DNA from: Callorhinchus milii
Taxonomy: Eukaryota
Length of the DNA: 64,000 nucleotides
Direction of reading: 5' to 3'
Assembly: GCF_018977255.1 (NCBI RefSeq)
Contig: NW_024704743.1
Coordinates: 9,612,001 to 9,676,000 of the forward strand
Under the pieces are notes generated by a model. That model worked only from the letters and a program-made list of their open reading frames with translations. It searched no databases and was not told the origin of the DNA. The first letter of the stretch is position 1. Every line of letters begins with the position of its first letter. The translations under genes and the position numbers were made by a program. This document shows positions 55,787 through 64,000 of this stretch, in pieces.

Positions 55787-56265
55787 GTCTCAAGACCTTC
55801 CTCTTTAACCATGCCTTCAGTCATCCTCCTTGCCCTCCATCCCTCTTGATTCTAATCCCCAGCACAGGTGAAAACCCTTTATTGTTCAGCATCTTGGGAC
55901 ATCCTCCTGATGTGAAAGGCGCTACGTAAATTAAATTTGTTGTTATTCTTGTTCATATCCCCCACCCTGCCCTCCCCACCATCAGCAGTTGGACCTTAGC
56001 CTTTCTGCCCCATTCTCTGGAACTCCATCCTGATGTTCCTTCGCCTTGACCCCTCCCTTGTCTCCTTCAAGATCTGTCTCAAGACCTACCTCTTTGACCA
56101 TGCCTACAGTTATCTTCCACACGCCCTTGGCCCCCACTTCTCCTGAATCCAACCCCCAGGTTAGGTGCAAACCCATGACGGTCCACCACTTTGGGATGTC
56201 CTCCTGACATGAAAGGATCTATGTAAATGCAATTTGTTGTTGTTTTCATCGATTTTTTTTTAGTT

Positions 56266-56745
56266 AACAACAACAACAACAAGATTCCATTTATAAAGCG
56301 CCTTTCACGTCAGGAGGACGTCCCAAGGCGCTGCACAGTTGGGTCATGACCCGAGCAGGGGGGAAATGGTCAGGGTGAGGGGAGGGAAGGGAGGGAGCGA
56401 GGAGGGGGGAAATGGTCAGGGTGAGGGGAGGGAGGGAGCGAGAAGGGGGAAGAGAGTCGAGAGGGGAGCTGAACGCACGGTCAAAGAGAAAGGTTTTGAG
56501 ATCGGCCTTGAAGGAGGAAAGGGAGGAGGCGGCGAAGGCACTGGGGGATAGCGTTCCAGAGCCTCGGGGCTGAGAGGCTGAAGGCCCGACCACCGATGGT
56601 AGGGCGATTGGGGCGGGGGACGTGGAGCAGACCGGAGCCGGAGGAACGGAGGGTACGGGCAGGTAGGTAGGGGGATAGTAGGTTGGAGAGGTAGGAGGGA
56701 GCAAGGCCGTGAATGGCCTTGTAGGTGAGGATGAGGATCTTGAAA
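56266..56745 (-). mobile_element. Young L2 3' fragment with a duplicated 3' UTR unit
   Basis: FKILILTYKAIHGLAPSYLS...APRLWNA; tail as at 52523. Confidence 0.9.
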
Positions 56746-57744
56746 TCAAATTTACAGCCCAAATTTACTGTGGGAAGCCATATGATGTAATATATCGAGA
56801 CGGTTCTACACCCCGATACGTACACCCACAATATTGCTCACTCTCCCTCGCAGAGTGTACTGGGTGACCTGTGTTCAATCCTCACTAATGAATGCAAATC
56901 TCTATAACTAGGTATAACTTGACTAATGAGTTCTTCCATGATGACAGGTACTACCAATTGCTATTTAAATTAAAGCAAATTGGGAAGCTTCCGTCATCAG
57001 TCTTTTATTCTAAACAGATTATGACGTAGGCTCAACCTGTCTGTGTAGTCCCTTCTTCTCGAAAACTCGAGAAAGTGGTCAAGAAAACTCAATGGAATTT
57101 TACTGCAGTTTCGATGAAATCCACAACACTCGGCATTAAATTTTAAACGACACGATAAATATCAACAAACACAACTATAAATAACAAACACTAATCACAC
57201 TTAAACTAAACAAGCTAGCAGCCACTTGTAATGAAGTTAATGTAAAGTGAACGATAGAACAATCACTGGCCTAGAGGACTGGTCCTCATCAATAGTCAGG
57301 GCACGTACCTTTTGATGTCATCAGGTAAGAATCAGTGACCCTGAAAATGGTGCTCGTTCTTTTATGGGCATTGACATAAAAAATGTATTTAACGGGCTAC
57401 TCAATATATTTAGTTCTACTGAACCTCAGGACATTCTGAGTATCCCTGAGCACAATCGGTAAGCCACAAACAACACTCAGACTGGCTAATGCTTTTAGCG
57501 AACACATAATCTTTACAGAACATATTTTAAACAACAGACCAGCAGAGAAAACAATGGGGTGACCTTAACAAATCGGATAGGTAGGGAGGTGTGAAGGCAT
57601 GAAAAATACGACTGCTCTTGTGTGACATCATGCAGTTTCACTCCAGTGACACTTTGAATGGAAAGATAGATGTTGTTCCTGCTTATGATTACAATGAAGA
57701 GCTATGTTATGAATCAACTCCAGGGCCACATTTGCAAATGACAT

Positions 57745-58520
57745 CAACAACAAATTACCTTTGTATAGCGCCCTCACATCAGGTGGACTTTCCAAGGTGC
57801 TGGACAGTCAGGGATCCCCACCCAAGCTTGTGATTGGGATCAGGAGGGGTGGAGGGCAGGGATGTAGGGGCAGGAGTGTGACTGAAGGCAGTGTTGAAGA
57901 GGAGGCTCTTGAGATGAGTTTTGAAGGAGACAAGGGAGGGGGCGAGGCAGAGGGACTGAGGGATGGAGTTCCAGAGGGTGGGGGCAGAGTGGAAGAAGGC
58001 CCACGGGCCAATAGTGGGGAGGGCGAAGCGGGGGATGTGAAGCAGGTCAGAGCCTGCTGAGCAGAGGGAGCAGGCAGGTTGGTAGGGAGTTAGGTCACAG
58101 AATGGCAGAGCCTGGTGCGGGAGAAGACACGGCCTGCAGAGTTCTGGACGGTCTGTAGTCTGTGAAGGGAGGAGTTGGGGAGGCTGACAAGCAGGGAGCT
58201 TGCGTAGTCAAACCTGGATGTTATGAATGCGTGTATGAGGGTCTCGGTGGCCTGCAGTGTGAGACAGTGGTGGAGCCGGGCATCTGATGTCTGAGACCTT
58301 CCATCAGGACAGCAGTGTTGAGGGTGGAGGCAGAGAGATAGAGTTGGGTGTCATCCGCATACATGTGCAAATTGACCCCACGTCTGCAGATGATGTCACC
58401 AACAGGGAATATATAGATATTGAAAAGTGGGGGACCAAGGACAGAGCCCTGAGGAACTTCACACGAGATGGTGCAGGAGTTAAAGGAGAAGCTGTTTGTG
58501 GAGATGGAGGTGTGAGAGGT
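57745..58520 (-). mobile_element. Old L2 with internal deletions
   Basis: Tail, LWNS region and YADDTQ region juxtaposed. Confidence 0.75.
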
Positions 58521-59445
58521 ATCATAGAATCATACAGCACAGAAGGAGGCCATTCGGTCCATCGTATCTGTGCTGGCTCTTTGTAGAGAGCTTCTAACTT
58601 AATCCCACCCCCTGCTCTCTCCCCATAGCCCTGCAAACTTTTCCTCCCCAAATGATTATCTACTCTTAAAAATTGTTATAGAATCGGTTTCCACCACCCT
58701 TTCAGACAATGCATTCCAGATCCGAACAACTCGCTGTGTGAAATAATTTCTCCTCACCTTCCGTTTCTTTTAACAACTATTTTAAATAAATGCTTTTGGG
58801 TTACCAACCTACCAACCAGTGGAAATAGTTTCTCCTTGTTCACCCTATCGAATCCCTTCATAATTTTGAAAACTTCTATAAAGTCTCCTCTTAACCTTCT
58901 CTGCTCCAAGGAGAATAATCCTAGTTTCTCTAGACTCTTCTGATAACTGAAGTCCCTTATTCCTGGTGAATCTCCTTTGCACTGTCAATGCCTTGACATC
59001 CTCCCTAACATGTGGTGCCCAGAAATGAACACAGTATTCTAGCTGAGACCTAACCAGTGTTTTATATAGGTTCATCATAACTTTCTGACTTTTGTTTTCT
59101 ATGCCCTTATTTATCAAGCCTAGTAGCCCATGTGCTTTTTTAACAGCTTTATCTACGTGTCCTGCCACCTTCAAAGATTTGCTTATATGAACCCCCAGGT
59201 CTCTCTGTTCCTTCACCCCTTTTAAGATTCTACCATCAGCTTGTATTGCCTCTCCTCATTCTTCCTCCCAAAATGCACCACTTTGCATTTCTCCACATTA
59301 AACTTTGTCTGCCACATGTCTGCCCATTTTACCAGTCTGTCTTTGTCCCCTTTGTCTGCTAGTGCTTCTCACTGTTTACTACTTTTCTAGCATAGTATCA
59401 TCTGCAAACTTGGAAATTGTACTCCCTATACCCAGGTCATTTATA
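58521..59445 (-). mobile_element. CR1 LINE 3' fragment
   Basis: Closely similar to 23380-24268 in reverse (EQRDLGVHISKSLK...LEYCVHFWAP). Confidence 0.9.
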
Positions 59446-59987
59446 TAGATTTGTGGAGATATGCAAAGTGATGCATTTTAGGAGGAAGAATGAGGAGAGG
59501 CAATTAGATAATTATTGGAGGAGGACAAATTTGCAGAGCTCTGGGGAGAGAGAGCGAGGGAGTGGGATTAAATTGGATAGCTCTTTTCAAAGAGCTGGCA
59601 CAGACCCGATGGGCCAAATGGCCTCCTTCTGTGCTGTATGAAAAAAATAGAAAAGCGGGATTTTAAAGGTGAAGGAATGTCCACCTAATGAATGGTAAAC
59701 CTTATATTCTGTGCTAAAGGTATAAGGAGCCTCTCCAGGTACAGAAGAATTCAAGCCTTGATTAATTATCCTTAAATTTAACATTGCACCTTATAACATT
59801 GAAAGGTTCAAAGCACTTGAAAGAATTTACTTTGAATGTGAGTGTGAATTTCAAAGGTGAACACAGCAGCCAAATTGCACACAGCAACATCCCACAAAGA
59901 GCCATATGGTGAATGACCAATTTACCTGGGGGATTTATGTCCAGTACCCTAGAAGCAACTCCCTTCTCTTTGTGAATTGTAATAAAT

Positions 59988-60266
59988 ACAATAATCCTTG
60001 CATTTGATATAGCGCCTTATCAGGTCTTCAAGACATATCACATCACTTCACAGAATATACGTGAGGGCAGCCAATTGCACACAGCAGTGTCCCACAGACA
60101 GTCGTGGAATCAGTGATCAAATTATTTTCATATTTATTTTCTTTTTAAGGGGTTATTACCCACAGAAAAGTGATCTGTCAATCAACTTAACAACCGGGTT
60201 CCTACTTATTGCTACTTAGCAGGTTCAATACCCTACCTAGTTTACCTAAACAGAGGCATGTGGAAT
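59988..60266 (-). mobile_element. Same SINE family, long variant, head missing
   Basis: Tail, body and central segment match 4218-4500. Confidence 0.7.
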
Positions 60267-60949
60267 ATCCTGTAGTCAGATGGGAACTTAGTTATTATTA
60301 TTATTGGCATTGGGGGTGTCAGCCTTAGACTGTTAGCTCAGTCCGCACATGGGACTCAGAAGCAAGAGTGCTACCAAACTGGGCCAAACCGACTGAACAA
60401 ATTCAATTTATGTAAGTGCCTTTCACATTAGATGAATCGACTTTCACTTTACAGAACTGATGGGAAAGAGGAAATGACCCATCCTTGAGGGAATTAAGCT
60501 TCCGCTCATACAAAAGCAATAGCAAACCACTGACTGCTACATAAGTTGTGAGACTAAGAGGGCAAAAAGGAGGAAGTAGTCTCTGAATTGCAATGATTGC
60601 AGACCACCAAATCAGGGCGTCCATGTTCTGTTTTTATACAAACCCAAGCTTCTAGACTTGGGTTAATTCAGTTTTGACCGAGTTTACACACAAATATAAA
60701 ATAATTCAATCCATTGCAGATCCTTTAGTTTAAATAAAGCGGGTTCAATACCCAACATTGGGGATTCCTTAACTTGGGAAAATGCTCACAGGGGCACAGT
60801 GAAAGTCACACTCCCTCTAAAACAAGTGAAATGTCAGAGGCTGCTCCACTCTGTGGTAAAGTGTCCATTTTAACTTTCTGTTAAAGATTTTTGATTCTTT
60901 TAAAATCTGTTAAATCCAAGTCCCTTCGGCTCCTTTTTTCCTTCTGCTG

Positions 60950-61654
60950 CTACTGCTGTTCCGGCTGCTGTCACACAGGGTCGGGTCTCTCAGTCAGAGA
61001 GATGGTGGGGGTGGGGGGAGAGGAGAGGAAAGGTCCGGTCGAACGAACCACACACCCATCTAGAAAAAAATAGATCGGTATACTTCCGCCCGATTTCTTC
61101 AACGCACAAAATGCTCGCTCTGAGGCCTCGGGATGGGGAGACGCCACAGCGGGCAGCACTGCCGCGGACTTCAGTGGTGGCAAAAATGAAGAGACAGAAA
61201 AGGCCTGCGCCCGACAGTGCTCTGGTTAAATCTCGCTCTTTGAACTACACATTAATTCATAATAAAAAGGAAACCCGAAACTTCCCATTTCCTCCGCTTC
61301 ACCTTATATCAATATCCACCAACCAACCAGTCGCCAGCCGCTGGCCCAATGAGATCCGGGCTCAGCGCGATGGGTGAGGGTGGGGGAGCGCGGGAGCCAA
61401 TGGGAGCTGGCGGCGCGCTCTCGCGAGATGTAGAAGGCCGGTCCGTTGGGAGCATGGGCCAATAGGGCGTCGAGTTGTGGGCGCGGCGGAGGGATCGAGG
61501 CGCGCGGGGCGGGTAAGGCGTCCTCGCCTCTTTGAGGGACTGCGGGTGACGCTCTCAGTGTGTTGTTTTGACGTGGCCGCTACGTCTGTGCAGAGCCATC
61601 CACTGGCGGCGTCCCGTGAGCGGTGACGAGGCAGACTACGTAAAGGGGGTAAGT
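60950..61654 (+). promoter_or_regulatory. CpG-island promoter and non-coding first exon (donor GGG|GTAAGT after 61648) of a gene divergent from CUL2, probably CREM
   Basis: Three CCAAT boxes (61346, 61397, 61459), TCTCGCGAGA palindrome (61419-61428), GC box, TGACG half-CREs (61547, 61569, 61624) and a strong donor. The CREM assignment rests only on the head-to-head CUL2-CREM arrangement known in tetrapods; no coding sequence is visible. Confidence 0.65.
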
Positions 61655-62869
61655 GAGTGAGAGCGCAATGGAGACCGCGGCACAACAACAACACACGTAC
61701 ACAAGCAGGCGGGCGGCGGGGGGAAGAGTGTGGAGATAGACAGGACAGGACAAGAGGCAGCAGTCAGTCATTCATCGACATCCTCGCTCACCAACTTCTC
61801 TCTTTCCTACCTCATTCCAAACAACTGGTCACCTTTCCTCTCGCTGTTTCTCCCCGCCACCACTAACCACCCAACCCTCTTGCAATGATTTGAACGTGAG
61901 GATTGAAAAGAGCCGCCAACCTGGCACAGCCATAAACCAGCTCGGGACAGAGCATGTTCTGTAAAAGGGCAACGGGTGCCGTGCTACAGCCCATGGGGTG
62001 TGGGAAGCTGGTGTGATATTAAACAATTTATTTCCCCTTTTTTCAAAAATACAAAGTTGCAAGTGCAACTCAGCTGCTTGTTATTAAAGAGAACACAAAC
62101 AGGGTTTGGTAAAGGTTGAGTGAGTGACATTAGAGATGAAATTGCTCACCTCCTTCCCATCTTGAAATTCAACAAGGTCTGATGGATGTATAATTTCCCC
62201 TTTTCATTTAAATAAAAGATTATATGTAAGAAGTTGAACGCGAATCATTTTCTTGCTGCCACAAGATAATGAAATTGAAAGACGTGCTGGGAAAAAGGAT
62301 GTGTGTGGGGTGATGCATCCGTGGGATTGATATTGGAATAACATGAATGGGTTTTATTTCTTTTACTTCTCTTCCTAATCGCCCCCCAGACCACAAAAAA
62401 TAAAATCAGTTCCTGTCTCGAGTAGTTTGTAATACATTTTTATTTTGCAATGAAAACAAAACTTTAGAGGGGGAAATAAGGTCGCTGTCGGCGGTTTTAT
62501 TGTTTGAACTCTTCGTGGCAGGAGCACATCGGACGACTGATAACGAACAGAAAGGGAGAGGGTGGGTAGTGAGGGTAGGAAGCTCGTTCATTTCCGCGTC
62601 TTATTGTAATAAATTACATATGAATTATTATGTAACAAGCGGTTGAAATCTGAGTGGATTTGACAAGTTCTCATTGAAGGATTACACTGAAATGTACGAA
62701 ACACGCCTCTTGACTGTTCGTTGGTGTCTGGAGGGACTCCCGTTTTGTGCCTTGTGTTTCGGTTCAGTTTGGAGCATTCCCCGGTTTTTTTAACGTAGAT
62801 GGAATGGAAAGTGCTTTAAAGGAATATATATATATATTTTGGAAAGTCTCTTTCCCCCTCCCCTCCGTT

Positions 62870-64000
62870 AAATGGCAATAATATAGGGTGCAGGGTAGGG
62901 TGCGATATCTTCCTCTCGCTTTAGCCGCCCATTTTTTGTAATGTTAAAGCTCCTGACGTTTGTCCACTTGCGACAACATGATCTGCTGCAGTGTAACAAC
63001 ATGACGTGATCCTGGCTAGACTTTGTCACCGAAAAGACGAGCATGACTGAGGGCAGAGAGAGAGGGAGACAGACGCACACAGAGACGGTCCGGAGCCGGC
63101 AGACGGGGAAGTTATTTAGAGAGGGTTTAAAAGGCATCGCCGTTGCTATCATCTCGGGGGGTCGTGAATCGACGAGGAGATCGGCTCCGGGGGTCACATC
63201 GCTGCCAGCTCGGCGAGGGGGGCATAAATACGCAGATTTCGGAGAACTAATTGCTGATTTTTAAAAAAAAGAAAAGTGGTGGTTTAGATGGAGTATCGAA
63301 TTTTGTGGCGTTGTTAATTTTTTTTAAGCAGGACTGCGGATTTTTTTTCCCAAATGGGATTTTTGTGTGTGTCGATGTTTATGTTAATCTGTGCGAAATG
63401 CTTCAGCTGTAGTGATCTTAGTTGCTCCGCGTCGGGAGGGTGAAGGTATAAGGTTATTTGTGGCTGTTAGAGGCTGGACTCGGGGTTTAGACTTTTGTTT
63501 GGACCCACGTCGAGGGCGCTCGCTCAGGATTTCTAGGCAGATTTCGTTTTAAATGTCTTAAAATTAAGATTTTCGCTTGTCGTTTAAAACAACCATGGGA
63601 CAGAATTCCGTTGTGGAACGGGTGCAATTATGTTAGTTTGCGTCCTTTTTAAAAAGCGCCTGAATGTTGTTCCCTCTCTCTCTCTCTCTATATATATATG
63701 CATATATCTATATATATATATATATATATACATACACTAGAACGAGTTTGTTGAGAAGCGTTTATTTTTAAAATTTGAAAGTAACCGCAGCGCGGGGCGG
63801 GTCCTGCCATTGTTTGTAATGTGACTCGCAACACATTTTAAAACAACTTTTGTGCTCCAGATACTTCTGAAATTTTGCGTTCGGGTGAATATTAACTGCG
63901 ATTGGTTTGATTTAGGTTGTTTTAATTTAGCAGAGAGACCAGATTAAAGGATTGTTTTCCCTTTGGAAGATGAGAAATAAAATGGCGGCGGTTGGAAGTT
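62870..64000. promoter_or_regulatory. Second CpG-rich, retroelement-free segment (possible alternative promoter or intronic regulatory region)
   Basis: Elevated CpG, TGACGT motifs near 62954 and 63002, GC box near 63795, YY1-type AAAATGGCGGC at 63979-63989. Confidence 0.4.

Noticed and set aside
61111..63264. Short ORFs in the right-hand CpG islands as CREM coding exons
   Set aside because: No recognisable CREM/CREB peptide; GC-rich DNA yields spurious ORFs.

Overview
This is vertebrate genomic DNA, most likely from a cartilaginous fish (inferred from the CR1, L2 and Deu-domain SINE content). The minus strand carries the 5' part of CUL2 (cullin-2). Twelve coding exons (25552 down to 232) splice into one open frame of 433 codons, [16 protein letters not shown]...[11 protein letters not shown], and the gene continues past the left edge of the window. 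CUL2 has a U12-type GT-AG intron, a GC-AG intron and a NAGNAG acceptor. Its probable promoter and first exon lie in a CpG island at about 42.6-43.2 kb, wedged between two tandem arrays. Three identical tRNA-Ile(AAT) genes lie at 51.7-54.4 kb. A + strand CpG-island promoter with a first-exon donor lies at about 61.0-61.65 kb; it is probably CREM, but that rests on synteny only. The rest is dense retroelement sequence: old and young L2 LINEs, CR1 LINEs, a modular tRNA-derived SINE sharing the L2 tail, and a solo LTR with a 4-bp target-site duplication (TSD). Almost all entries in the ORF track are retroelement fragments or repeat artefacts. I found no prokaryote-type system. The best leads are a young L2 subfamily with a shared ORF2 frameshift, the modular SINE, the array-flanked promoter, and the tDNA/CTCF-motif interval between the divergent promoters. 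Repeat boundaries are approximate and were read by eye.
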